DNA from: an uncultured Desulfobulbia bacterium
Lineage (GTDB): Bacteria > Desulfobacterota > Desulfobulbia > Desulfobulbales > CG2-30-60-27
Assembly: GCA_964443295.1 (NCBI GenBank)
Contig: CAYUCH010000001.1
Location: forward strand, 57,456 to 121,455
DNA: 64,000 nucleotides
Direction: 5' to 3'
Shown: piece by piece, positions 20,001 to 29,634 of the stretch
Position numbering within the stretch: position 1 is the stretch's first letter
How the letters are laid out: every line of letters begins with the position of its first letter
The notes under the pieces: generated by a model
The model's database searches: none
Told to the model about the DNA's origin: nothing
Seen by the model: the letters and a program-made list of their open reading frames with translations, nothing else
Position numbers and translations under genes: made by a program

Positions 20001-20849
20001 ACTTTCACTCCAAATTTAGCAACCCTGAACTTTCAGGATTCGATCAGCTGAATAATTACCTGGGGGTGCTTTCCCAGTTTAAAAAATTTCTGCCTCTCGT
20101 TACTCTCGCTTCCACCTCCTTTTTCGTTTTTGTTCCTCCGGGATCATATTGCGTCCATTTTGGCGGAAATGGACTGTAATCGTTACTTAAGGTTCAGCCT
20201 ATAACTTAAAAACTCTATTGTCAAGTTTTGAAGACATAATATGTATATTTTTTTGAAATCTTCCAATTTCCCCGAAACTTCAACAGCTTACGTGTGCTTT
20301 TTTGGGATATTCAAATTTCCTATTAATAGAACATTAGACAACTAAATCTTTTAATTACAACAAGTTAACGACACACGGTATTGTTTTTAAAAAACTCTAC
20401 AAAAAATATAAATCGGCAGCAAAAATAGCCCATCGCCATCCAATTTCGGCCAAAAAAATAGGGCCAAAGAGGACATTCTAAAGTCGCATTTCCGCCACAA
20501 AAAAACACCCAAAACAAACTATCTGCCTGTTTTTATTGAGAATAATTAAAACAGAAAGACAGCACTTAATTAAAAAATTAATTGGGCGCCAACATACACG
20601 GCTTTAAGACGCAAAACAAGCCCCATTGTTAATTATTTGTCCTTTTCCATTGTCAATTAATCTGCGGAGAAAGAAACACACTTAGTCATCAACGGCGCCA
20701 AAATGCTCATTCAAAAACGGGCAAAATACGTGACGGAATCATCTTTATTAATGAAGGGAGGTAAAAACCTGGAAAAGGACCAAATCACTGGTCGAGAATG
20801 TGAGAGTAAAAAATACGAAGTTTAAAAGAGAATGACTACGAGGGACTGC

Positions 20850-21341
20850 TTATTCTTTTGTTTTGATGAGCTCAGCAAGTTTCTTTTCAATCTTCTTTTT
20901 ATTAAAGAGATTCTGTTCTTTATATATCATTTCTCCTTGTGAAAACAGTAAGACAGCGGGAAGATCTTTCACAGAGAAATTTTTCGAAATCTCATCAAAC
21001 ACGGCCTCCTCTTTTGAGTGATCTAATTTCAAAAGGATCATCTTATTCTCATAATTTTTCTCTATGACGTCGATGACCATATTGCCTGCCTTGCAACGAG
21101 CCAGGATACAGTAACAATTATCAGTGGTATGGATATATAGAAGTACAGGGCTTTTCTTTGATTTCTCCAAAAGTTTAGCTGTAGTGAGTTTTTTCCTATC
21201 CTTGCGGCGAATGAATTTTTTTGATTTCTGAGATTCACCTGCCAAGGCTGGCTCGACTCCAACCGAAAACACAACGCAAGGCGATATGCCAAGAAGACTA
21301 ATCCAGGAAACCAAGAACATGGACACAATGAGCAATCTCAC
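20850..21341 (-). CDS. secreted thioredoxin-fold protein with a CxC motif
   Basis: Has an N-terminal signal-like helix and a Trx-fold pattern. NCYC occupies the position where CxxC is expected. This is the last gene of the ArsR-linked cluster. Confidence 0.45.
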   Translation of the reverse strand: MRLLIVSMFLVSWISLLGISPCVVFSVGVEPALAGESQKSKKFIRRKDRKKLTTAKLLEKSKKSPVLLYIHTTDNCYCILARCKAGNMVIDVIEKNYENKMILLKLDHSKEEAVFDEISKNFSVKDLPAVLLFSQGEMIYKEQNLFNKKKIEKKLAELIKTKE

Positions 21342-21354
21342 AACACATCACCTC

Positions 21355-22053
21355 TCACAGAAAGGGGCTTACAATAAAATATACTCCCAGACAACCAATA
21401 AGCACACCCGCACCTTTACGAAACCAGAAACTGGCTTGACTGAAGGAAGAGCTATCCAGCATCTTCCTGACCGTGGCAGTAGAACTACCGGCTATTGCTA
21501 TGGGCAAGCAATGACCGAGGGCAAAAAGGAGAATAAACAAGACTCCGGTGATGATTTTCTCCTGGACCGTGATAATGGCAAGAATTGGAGCAATAAAACC
21601 AAATGTGCACGATCCGGACAAAAGGCCATATGCAAGGCCGAGCACAAAGGCTCCCATTGCTCCTTTCAGCTGAAGTCGACCCATTATATTCCCCGATAAT
21701 GAACAACCGGGTATACCAAGCATATTGGCCGCCACCCATAAAAGGATGAGCCCAATCAAAATACTCCAATAGGGACCGATGTCACCGAGCATTCTCCCAA
21801 GCACGGCGCAGATGACACCTACAATTGTGATGGAAAGAAAGAGCCCGGCGCTGAAAAGGACAGCATATTTCACCGCCTGCTTGCCTTCAACAATCTTCTC
21901 CTGCCCACCAACATAGGCGATTATTAAAGGTATAGAAGCGAGATGACATGGACTGAGCAAGACACTGAGTACACCCCAGACAAAGCACCCCAGGGTGGCA
22001 ATGGCTGTGCCACTCATTATCCATTCATTTACGAGGAGAAAAAAAGAATCCAT
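21355..22053 (-). CDS. ccdA: CcdA/DsbD-family thiol:disulfide electron-transfer membrane protein
   Basis: 232 aa with 6 TM segments. Cys residues conserved in this family sit in TM1 (LLSPCHLASIP) and TM4 (LSGSCTFGF). Confidence 0.8.
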   Translation of the reverse strand: MDSFFLLVNEWIMSGTAIATLGCFVWGVLSVLLSPCHLASIPLIIAYVGGQEKIVEGKQAVKYAVLFSAGLFLSITIVGVICAVLGRMLGDIGPYWSILIGLILLWVAANMLGIPGCSLSGNIMGRLQLKGAMGAFVLGLAYGLLSGSCTFGFIAPILAIITVQEKIITGVLFILLFALGHCLPIAIAGSSTATVRKMLDSSSFSQASFWFRKGAGVLIGCLGVYFIVSPFL

Positions 22054-22445
22054 TATTTTTCAATAGTGCCAGGTTTTGGAACATTCATACTGTCTAACTG
22101 CGCCACAATGGCCTCTTCGGACATAAAACCGACATGACGCCACACCTCTTTACCTGTGGCATCAAAAAAAATCTGGGTAGGAATTATCTGAACTTTAAAG
22201 CGAGCAGCCTGCTCACGATTCTTCCATACATCAATAAAGACAATGGACGCAATGCCTTGATACTCTTTTTCAAGTTTCTCCAAAACCGGAGCCATCATTT
22301 TACATGGCACACATGATTTAGCGCCCAAATCCACCATGGTTACCATGCCTTCCACCGGCAGATCACGCACTACAGCTTGAGCAACCCCAGCAATTAAAAA
22401 GATGGCACTTGTGAATGCAACAACACCCAGTTTTTTCAAATCCAC
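22053..22445 (-). CDS. membrane-anchored/periplasmic thioredoxin
   Basis: Has a signal-anchor followed by the CVPC active site in a Trx context (DLGAKSCVPCKMMAP). Its stop overlaps the ccdA start. Confidence 0.8.
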   Translation of the reverse strand: MDLKKLGVVAFTSAIFLIAGVAQAVVRDLPVEGMVTMVDLGAKSCVPCKMMAPVLEKLEKEYQGIASIVFIDVWKNREQAARFKVQIIPTQIFFDATGKEVWRHVGFMSEEAIVAQLDSMNVPKPGTIEK

Positions 22446-22449
22446 AGTC

Positions 22450-22680
22450 TCACCTAATCCATTCTTCTATTTCAGATTGTTTCGGAACCCGTCCCACACA
22501 TTTCACTTCCCCATTTATAACTACGGCGGGAGTGGTAAACACTCCTAATTTGGCTATTTCATTAAAATCGGCCACCTTTTGAACAGTGGCATCCACTCCT
22601 GATTCAGACACAGCCTCTTTGACAATTCGCTCAGCCTCATGACATTTGGCGCAGCCCGGACCGCAAACCTTGATTTCCAT
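22450..22680 (-). CDS. small thioredoxin-like protein (redox-active disulfide protein 2 family)
   Basis: 76 aa with an N-terminus characteristic of this family (MEIKVCGPGCAKC) and TPAVVINGEV. Confidence 0.75.
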   Translation of the reverse strand: MEIKVCGPGCAKCHEAERIVKEAVSESGVDATVQKVADFNEIAKLGVFTTPAVVINGEVKCVGRVPKQSEIEEWIR

Positions 22681-22695
22681 AATATTCCTCCGTGT

Positions 22696-23994
22696 TTAAA
22701 AATACGAACCGTATATAAGGCCGCTTGTGGTTGCCATGACCACCACAAGGGCGACAAAGACCAATGTCTTTTTTGTACCCATAACACTGCGAATAACCAA
22801 CATGTTGGGCAGAGAAAGGGCTGGTCCGGCCAACAGGAGAGCCAGTGCCGGGCCTTTACCCATACCATTACTGATCAATCCCTGCAGGATGGGCACCTCC
22901 GTAAGCGTGGCAAAATACATAAAAGCCCCGGCAAAAGAAGCTGCAAAATTAGCAGCTAAAGAGTTACCACCCACTGCCCGGCTCACCCATTCTGAGGGGA
23001 TCAAACCTTCGGTTGCCGGTCTGCCCAGGAGCAATCCGGCAATAAGGACACCAAAAAGCAGTAACGGCAGGATCTGTTTGGCAAATCCCCAGGACTCCCG
23101 AAACCACTCCCCATTCTCATCTTCCCTGGGACTGATCAACACAGACAGCCCAAGCACTCCTGCCACAAAGGCGATTGCTGGATGACCGGAAAAAACAAGA
23201 GCCATAATGACTGGTGGCGTGGACGCTAAAAGCACCTGCCATCTTGGTAATCCGAACCAAAGCATGAGAGTGATGGCCAGGCCGGCAGAAAAAATTGCGG
23301 TGACCAACCACTTATTGGCATGGATTACAAACCAGAGTCCAGTGCTTTCCTGAGGTTTGCCCCAATTGGCAAAAACCAGTATGCCGATCATCATGGCAAA
23401 GAAAACAATATTTTGCCATAATGGCCTGCTCACCTCATGCTCAGGCATGGCCATCTGGGCCTCGGCCTTTTCCTTTTCCTCGTTTCTAAAGAAGAAATGC
23501 ATGATAAGGCCTATTATTACACTGAAAACAATGGCCCCGATTGCCCTGGCCAGACCAATTTCAAGTCCAAGGATACGGGCAGTAAGAATGATGGCAAGGA
23601 TATTGATTGCCGGTCCGGCGTAGAGAAAGGCCGTGGCCGGACCGAGGCCAGCTCCCATCCGATAAATCCCGGCAAACAGGGGCAGAATGGTACAGGAACA
23701 GACGGCCAGGATGGTGCCGGAAACCGAGGCCACTCCATAAGCCACCACCTTATTTGCTGTGGCTCCAAGATACTTTAGTACTGATGCTTGGCTGACAAAG
23801 ACGGCGATGGCACCGGCAATAAAAAAAGCCGGAATCAGGCAGAGCAGAACATGCTCCCGGGCATACCATTTGGCAAGGTGCAGGGCCTCCATCACCGCAT
23901 TATCAAATCGGCCACTCCCCACCGGCAGATAATAGAAGCCGATAAAAAACGCCACAATCCAGAAGAGGGGCTTTATTTCACGTTTCCATTCCAT
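22696..23994 (-). CDS. COG0701/ArsP-type permease
   Basis: 432 aa, polytopic. The vicinal Cys motif LAVCSCTILPLFAG is typical of this permease family, which is frequently ArsR-linked. Confidence 0.7.
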   Translation of the reverse strand: MEWKREIKPLFWIVAFFIGFYYLPVGSGRFDNAVMEALHLAKWYAREHVLLCLIPAFFIAGAIAVFVSQASVLKYLGATANKVVAYGVASVSGTILAVCSCTILPLFAGIYRMGAGLGPATAFLYAGPAINILAIILTARILGLEIGLARAIGAIVFSVIIGLIMHFFFRNEEKEKAEAQMAMPEHEVSRPLWQNIVFFAMMIGILVFANWGKPQESTGLWFVIHANKWLVTAIFSAGLAITLMLWFGLPRWQVLLASTPPVIMALVFSGHPAIAFVAGVLGLSVLISPREDENGEWFRESWGFAKQILPLLLFGVLIAGLLLGRPATEGLIPSEWVSRAVGGNSLAANFAASFAGAFMYFATLTEVPILQGLISNGMGKGPALALLLAGPALSLPNMLVIRSVMGTKKTLVFVALVVVMATTSGLIYGSYF

Positions 23995-24090
23995 CTCTGC
24001 ATCTCTTCTTTACTCATAAACATAGCAGTAATACCGATGAATCCCTTGACGGTATTTATCGCATAAACCCTGAACTCATAAAGTTGCTAC

Positions 24091-24414
24091 TCAGGCCACG
24101 CTCAATCGTTCCCGATCAATCTGTGGAAGCTTGCTCAGGATGTCCCGAACCTCCTCATCTTCATCAAGCCAATCATTGAGGTGGCTTAACATGGCACGGG
24201 CATAGGGCGATTCACTGCCGTCTGTCAGCCGATAGTTAACCCAGGAACCTTCCCGACGGGAAATGACCAGACCAGCATCTTCAAGAGCCTTAAGGTGTTT
24301 TGAGACAGTGGGCTGCGCCAGACCAAGCAATGCCGTTATTTCACAGACGCATAACTCCCGCTTTTCAAGCATCTTGATAACCATAATTCTGTTTCGATCA
24401 GACAACGCCTTCAT
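24091..24414 (-). CDS. arsR: ArsR/SmtB-family metalloregulator
   Basis: Contains ELCVCEITALLGLAQPTVSKHLKALEDAGLV, i.e. a CVC metalloid-binding motif plus a wHTH. The start is placed at the internal Met (MKALSD); the track ORF extends to 24489. Confidence 0.85.
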   Translation of the reverse strand: MKALSDRNRIMVIKMLEKRELCVCEITALLGLAQPTVSKHLKALEDAGLVISRREGSWVNYRLTDGSESPYARAMLSHLNDWLDEDEEVRDILSKLPQIDRERLSVA

Positions 24415-24451
24415 AACGCGGACAAATGTTTTCACTGTGGAACCTCTTAGA

Positions 24452-24481
24452 CATATTGCCATATAGGAATATGGCAATATG
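24452..24481. promoter_or_regulatory. perfect 13-bp inverted repeat, candidate ArsR operator
   Basis: CATATTGCCATAT-agga-ATATGGCAATATG, read directly. It lies 38 nt upstream of the arsR start. Confidence 0.7.
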
Positions 24482-24588
24482 TAATTCAATATACATATTT
24501 GTCAAGGGAATTAAAGATCTTTCCTTTGACAAATATGTGCGCGTCTACTTTCTCAGACACTCCAAATCAGTCAAGAACGTTGATATAT

Positions 24589-25410
24589 TTAGGAAAGAAC
24601 TTTATCCAGTTCAAAGGAAAGGTGGTTAAGGTGGGCACGTTCTTCATCCATCATCCGAACAAACAAGTGCCTTGATTCATCGTCAGTGCACTTGTGAGCC
24701 ATACGCCCATACAGATCATAGGCCTGGGCTTCTAGTGCCATGGCAAACTCCAGAATTTCATTCACAGAGGCAAAGGCAGGGGTTCGAGCCTGCATCTCCT
24801 CTATAGTCATGCCGCCTTCCATGACACCAGGATCGGAACCGGCAGCACTTACCTCTTCCAAGCCAGCCCTTTGGCACTCTTTTACCAGCCTCTCCATGTG
24901 TATGTTTTCATACCCGGCAAGTTGTTCAAAAAGCTTTTTTTCATTTGGACTTGAAGCGTTTTCCGCCATATTGCCGTAAAACTTTTGCAACCCATCCTCC
25001 ATGGCATATGCAAGATGCACAGCATCGGGATACTCTTCGTCACCTTGGAACCATAAAAGGCCAAGGTCCAATGGCCCGTAAGCTTTTTCACCGGCCCATG
25101 CTTTGATCCCCCCAGCAAGGTTGTACACCTCTTCAAATCCCTGTGCTAAAAGATATTGCGCAGCAGCCCTGCTGCGACCACCTACTGCTCAGTAAACAAT
25201 TAGGGGCTTCCCCCGGTCCAATTCATCCAAGCGACCGGGTAATTCAGCTATGGGAATGAGCCTGGCGCCGGGGATATGGTGTTGCTCGTATTCTTTGGGT
25301 TGACGTACATCCAGGAGCTGATACTCCCCGGCAGAGTGTTTTTTAATATAGGTCCGGGCATCATCACAGCCCATATTCTCCACGGATTGGAAGAGATTTT
25401 TCAATTGCAT
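24589..25410 (-). CDS. selenocysteine-containing rhodanese domain fused to a ferritin/rubrerythrin-like domain
   Basis: The two track ORFs (25189..25461 and 24589..25128) are in the same frame and are separated only by a TGA at 25189..25191. That TGA replaces the catalytic Cys of the rhodanese loop (LIVY-U-AVGGRS). A hairpin follows 12 nt downstream. A GGAG lies 8 nt upstream of the ATG at 25410. Confidence 0.7.
25159..25176 (-). promoter_or_regulatory. SECIS-like hairpin downstream of the in-frame UGA
   Basis: On the minus strand: UGA, then 12 nt, then CGCAGCA-GGGC-UGCUGCG (a 7-bp perfect stem with a G-rich apical loop). Confidence 0.6.
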
Positions 25411-25841
25411 ATTTAACTCCGGTATCCAGGGATATTTCATGTAGCAAGACTTACAAATCACCCTGAAAGCTAATACCTCGGCCCAAGGCTTATTATTTTA
25501 ATGCCATTTCACGCAGCCGAGCAGCACAAAATTGGTCGGACTAGCGCGAGGACTGTTTGAGCATTCCTCTAAGAAATATAATCGTAGCGAGTTCCGCAAG
25601 CGCCCGACCAATTCGAGCAGCGCAGGGAAGCCAGACGAAGGAGGACCAAGTGAACGGCTGCCCTTTCTTTTGGTTCTTTTCTTTGCACCCGTACCGGGTA
25701 TAAAGGCAAGCAAAGAAAAGAACAGATAAAACAGAAGACTTTTCGACAATCTCTCAAACTAAAGCATAGTAAAATGTGGAGCATCTGCCAAGCTGATGTA
25801 CTTAAGGTCAAAAAAAGCCAAGCCCCTTCAGCTTAATCACC

Positions 25842-26630
25842 TCACTTACTCTGCTTGGTGAAGGGCATGAGTAACATCTGCCAGAACCCCAACTCCTCAA
25901 ACTTTCGGTGGGAACCTATACCTATAATAATGGAGCCCTGATCCACCTTTGTCACCAAGGTACCAAGCATTCGATCCCAAATGGAAAACAGCACCCCATA
26001 ATTAGCATCACGTTCACGAATTTTTACGGAATGATGAATACGGTGTAAAGCAGGTGGCACGAAAAGCAACATCCAGATTCGCTCAAAAGCCTCAGGGACC
26101 TTAATACTGCTGTGGTGGAACTGAATTGAAATATTAATCAATATCTCAAACAGAATGTACGCAAGAAGAGGAATACCAAAGGTATAAATGATTGCAAGCC
26201 GCAAAAGCCCGGTCACCAGAAACTCTCCAAGATGAAAACGATTGGCTGTAGTGACATCCATATTCATATCAGAATGATGCACACGGTGAAAACGCCAGAG
26301 TAACGGCACTGAGTGGGTTAGTAAATGCCAGAGATAGATGGAGAAATCAAGAATCAGAATCCCCAAAAAAACATGTAACCAGAATGGAAGCTCAACTGTG
26401 TTTAACAGGCCAAGCCTCTGGGCCTCGCTTTGACTGATAACCGCTAAAATGCTGGCAGTGAATATGAAATGATAGACAACACCATTAATAATGGAAAGGG
26501 GAATATTGGTCAGCCATCGTCTCTGCTTGGCAACCGTGGCAGGGCGATAGGAGATCCTCTGCTCCAGCAGGAGAAGAAGAACAATCCCACCCCAGTATAT
26601 AATTGGTTTTAAGAGTACTATATCTATCAT
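25842..26630 (-). CDS. fatty acid hydroxylase / sterol desaturase-family membrane protein
   Basis: Has three His boxes (HLLTH, HRVHHSD, HRIHHS) and four hydrophobic segments. Confidence 0.75.
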   Translation of the reverse strand: MIDIVLLKPIIYWGGIVLLLLLEQRISYRPATVAKQRRWLTNIPLSIINGVVYHFIFTASILAVISQSEAQRLGLLNTVELPFWLHVFLGILILDFSIYLWHLLTHSVPLLWRFHRVHHSDMNMDVTTANRFHLGEFLVTGLLRLAIIYTFGIPLLAYILFEILINISIQFHHSSIKVPEAFERIWMLLFVPPALHRIHHSVKIRERDANYGVLFSIWDRMLGTLVTKVDQGSIIIGIGSHRKFEELGFWQMLLMPFTKQSK

Positions 26631-26889
26631 TCCAGCACCTATTATAAGAATTTTCTCTTCATGATGATAGACACACCCATTTTGCGTGTCAACACAATAT
26701 CTTTTGACAACCGGTCTTCCCTGGTTGACACATATTCTGCTCTTCTCCTAACCGAGTAATCCTAAAAAAATAATTAAAATTGCTTGACAGGCGCCCCTTT
26801 GTTCTGCAAAGGTGTAAGCTGGACCAGTACCACACGGTGGTACTATTTTGTTTGCCCTAAATAGTGGGACACTTTTCTGAGGAAATAAA

Positions 26890-27285
26890 ATGACCAAATA
26901 TGCCATTATCGGCTTTGCCCTCTTCTTGGGAGGGATTTTTGTTGGTGGTGCCATTTTAGCTTCCAAGCTTTTGGCCTTTAGCACACCTCACAGCGCCCGT
27001 AAAGTTCAGGCATATGAATGTTCTGTTACACCCATGGGTGACGCTCGAATTCAATTCAAGGTCGACTACTACCTTTTTGCCTTACTCTTTCTCATCTTCG
27101 ACATCGAATCACTCTTTCTCTTTCCATGCGTACGCATCTTCAAATCCGTCATAAACGGCGATCTACCGACTATTCCAGCCGGAGTGCTCGCCATAGAACT
27201 CCTATTATTTATACTCATCCTCCTGGCCGGCCTTGCCTATGCCTGGAGAAAAGGAATCCTGGCATGGGAAAAGTTGGACTTGTAA
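26890..27285 (+). CDS. nuoA: NADH-quinone oxidoreductase subunit A
   Basis: 131 aa with 3 TM segments and the motif YECG-like ([12 protein letters not shown]), followed by FDIE. Confidence 0.85.
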   Translation: MTKYAIIGFALFLGGIFVGGAILASKLLAFSTPHSARKVQAYECSVTPMGDARIQFKVDYYLFALLFLIFDIESLFLFPCVRIFKSVINGDLPTIPAGVLAIELLLFILILLAGLAYAWRKGILAWEKLDL

Positions 27286-28472
27286 CACGAGGTGTCCCGA
27301 AACTTGTCGACCCAATTCCAGGCGGCCGGCATTTAATAGACGGGATAGAATACATCGTAAGTTGGGCAAGGGCTAATTCCCTTTGGCCTCTGGTGTATGG
27401 TACTGCCTGCTGTGCCATGGAAATGATGTCCACTGGAGCCTCCCGCCATGATTGGGCCCGTTTTGGAGTTGAAGTAGCTCGGGCCACACCGCGCCAGGCA
27501 GATCTCATCGTGCTGGCCGGTACCATAGTGGAGAAAATGGCCGAGCCATTGGCCACCCTCTACACACAGATGCCTGGACCTAAATATGTTATTGCCATGG
27601 GGTCATGCGCCATTTCTGGTGGCCCTTTTTTCTATGATTCCTATTCAGTTATTAAAGGCGGTGACCGCATCATCCCGGTGGACGTGTATATCCCCGGCTG
27701 CCCTCCCCGCCCAGAGGCATTACTCTATGGAATAATGGAGTTACAGAAAATAATCCGCACTGAAGGACGCAGGAATCCCTGGAAAGTCAAAGACGTATAT
27801 TCAGTTCCCGCTGGCGACCTGTATACCGAAACAAAAAATAAGTGGGCTGCAGACCAACAAGAAAGAGAAGAAAACGGCCAAGCAGCTTTTAAAGCCAACC
27901 CAGACAGACAAAAACCAACCCGCCTTCCTAAACCAAAATTCCCTGAAGTTGAATACCAGCCGCCTGCTCAGGCAGGCTTGAGCCCAGAAGAAATAATGAA
28001 CCTTGTGCAGGAAAACTTTCCCAAGGCTGAAATTTTTTCTCAAAAAGAGCTCAATGGGGAAGACAAGCCTGTTGGCATTGAAGAACAGAGTGTTGTCATT
28101 GAAATCGCTGACTACCTTGCCCTTATCCATTTCCTAAAATCAAACCAAGCCCTCGAGATGACCATGTTGGTACAGATGACTGCTGTGGATCTGGCAGATC
28201 GTTTCGAAATCGTTGTTCAGCTTCAATCAGTTCATCACGGGCACATGTTTTTTGTACGCGTACCTGTGGACCATGAGCACCCTGATCTGCCAACTATTGT
28301 CCCACTTTTTTGCGGCGCAGAATGGCACGAAAGGGAGATATACGACTTTTTTGGCATTGAATTTACCGGCCACCCGGATCTCCGCCGTCTTTTTCTAAAT
28401 GAAGATTTTATCGGCCATCCCCTCAAAAAGGATTTCAGCGATGCAACCAGAGTCATCCCCAGACCGTATTAA
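27264..28472 (+). CDS. nuoBC: fused NADH-quinone oxidoreductase subunits B and C
   Basis: The N-terminal part is NuoB ([28 protein letters not shown]). A roughly 60-aa Pro/Gln-rich linker follows. The C-terminal part is NuoC ([26 protein letters not shown]). The start is taken at the ATG at 27264, not the track start inside nuoA. Confidence 0.85.
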   Translation: MGKVGLVTRGVPKLVDPIPGGRHLIDGIEYIVSWARANSLWPLVYGTACCAMEMMSTGASRHDWARFGVEVARATPRQADLIVLAGTIVEKMAEPLATLYTQMPGPKYVIAMGSCAISGGPFFYDSYSVIKGGDRIIPVDVYIPGCPPRPEALLYGIMELQKIIRTEGRRNPWKVKDVYSVPAGDLYTETKNKWAADQQEREENGQAAFKANPDRQKPTRLPKPKFPEVEYQPPAQAGLSPEEIMNLVQENFPKAEIFSQKELNGEDKPVGIEEQSVVIEIADYLALIHFLKSNQALEMTMLVQMTAVDLADRFEIVVQLQSVHHGHMFFVRVPVDHEHPDLPTIVPLFCGAEWHEREIYDFFGIEFTGHPDLRRLFLNEDFIGHPLKKDFSDATRVIPRPY

Positions 28473-29634
28473 CGGATTCCGTACAGATCCGGCCATACGC
28501 AACATTCCTCCCGGATTCTTCCGAGGCCCGGTTTCCGATGGCCATACGGATGAGTATTTCCTTAATATGGGTCCGCAACACCCGAGCACCCATGGGGTAT
28601 TACGGTTGGTACTGCGACTGGACGGTGAAAACATCCTTGAGGTGGTTCCCCATCTGGGCTATGTCCATCGCGGCATTGAAAAAATGGCCGAAAACCAAAC
28701 CTACATCCAGAACATCCATCTCACCGACCGGCTGGATTACCTCTCAGCCCATAGCAATAATCTCTGCCTCTGCATGGCCATTGAAAACGCATTGGAAATA
28801 GGTGTACCGGAACGAGGCGAATATATCAGGGTAATAGTGTGCGAATTACAGCGGCTTGCTTCACATCTCTTATGGTGGGGTGTCCTGGGCATGGACGTTG
28901 GAGCCATAACCTCATTCCTTTATGGATTTAAAGAACGGGAATTCATCACCGACATTTTTGAAGAAATGTGTGGAGCCCGCTTGACCATGAATTTCTTCCG
29001 GCCCGGCGGCTCTGTGGTAGACGTACCAGATACTTTCATTCCCCGGATAAAGGAAGTAATTGAACGGCTGAAAAAAGCCATCGACGAATACAATACGCTA
29101 TTGACTGGCAACATAATTTTCCAGGAGCGTTCCAAAGGCATTGGGATTCTTACGGCCGACAAGGCACTTTCATTTGGTTGCACGGGAGGTGTTCTCAGAG
29201 GATCGGGGGTAGATTTTGACGTGCGCCGGAAAAATCCCTATTCAATTTACGACCGATTCGACTTCGACATCCCAACCGCCGCCACTGGTGATTGCTTTGC
29301 ACGTTACCAGGTGCGCATGGAAGAAATGGTTCAATCGGTCAAAATACTGGAACAAGCGGTGGACAACTTTCCCCAGGGCCCACATCGTTCAAAAGAGCGA
29401 GCCCAGTATCGCCTGCCAGCCGGCAACCATTACGCCCAGGTTGAAACATCCCGTGGGCTTTTCGGTGTGTATATCGTGGCCGACGGTTCTGCGAAACCCT
29501 ACCGGATTAAATACCGATCACCGAATTTTTCCAACCTTTCAGCTGTAAACCATATGGCCAAGGGACATAAAATCGCCGACCTGGTTACCATCTTGGCTAC
29601 CCTTGACCTCGTTATCCCGGACATTGATCGATGA
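28441..29634 (+). CDS. nuoD: NADH-quinone oxidoreductase subunit D
   Basis: Carries [15 protein letters not shown], the RxEK-like HRGIEK, and a C-terminal DLVIPDIDR. The start is uncertain (28399 or 28441). Confidence 0.9.
   Translation: MQPESSPDRINGFRTDPAIRNIPPGFFRGPVSDGHTDEYFLNMGPQHPSTHGVLRLVLRLDGENILEVVPHLGYVHRGIEKMAENQTYIQNIHLTDRLDYLSAHSNNLCLCMAIENALEIGVPERGEYIRVIVCELQRLASHLLWWGVLGMDVGAITSFLYGFKEREFITDIFEEMCGARLTMNFFRPGGSVVDVPDTFIPRIKEVIERLKKAIDEYNTLLTGNIIFQERSKGIGILTADKALSFGCTGGVLRGSGVDFDVRRKNPYSIYDRFDFDIPTAATGDCFARYQVRMEEMVQSVKILEQAVDNFPQGPHRSKERAQYRLPAGNHYAQVETSRGLFGVYIVADGSAKPYRIKYRSPNFSNLSAVNHMAKGHKIADLVTILATLDLVIPDIDR

Noticed and set aside
25189-25191. The TGA read as a genuine stop, making the rhodanese a truncated pseudogene plus a separate 179-aa ORF.
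   Set aside because: The stop falls exactly on the catalytic Cys codon. The downstream frame continues the rhodanese fold without interruption (AVGGRS...AGGIKAW). A SECIS-like hairpin follows at the expected distance. Selenocysteine recoding is therefore more parsimonious, though unproven.
25498-25811. Track ORFs 25498..25749 and 25569..25811 (minus) and 25532..25729 (plus) as protein-coding genes.
   Set aside because: They overlap each other in different frames and lack convincing RBS. Their composition is low-complexity or Arg/Ser/Leu-rich, and they coincide with strong RNA-like complementarity. I treat the region as non-coding.
26784-26820. TTGACA at 26784 as the -35 of the nuo promoter.
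   Set aside because: No acceptable -10 hexamer lies at 16-19 nt spacing; the best TAAGCT is 25 nt away.
27126-27263. The N-terminal extension of the nuoB ORF in the track (start 27126), and similarly 31855 for nuoL, 3242 for radC, 14674 for glk, 49737 for small paralog 2, 55864 for the two-CW gene and 24489 for arsR.
   Set aside because: The extensions overlap the preceding gene in another frame and encode non-homologous, Arg/Pro-rich sequence. Internal ATGs with Shine-Dalgarno sequences give the canonical N-termini.
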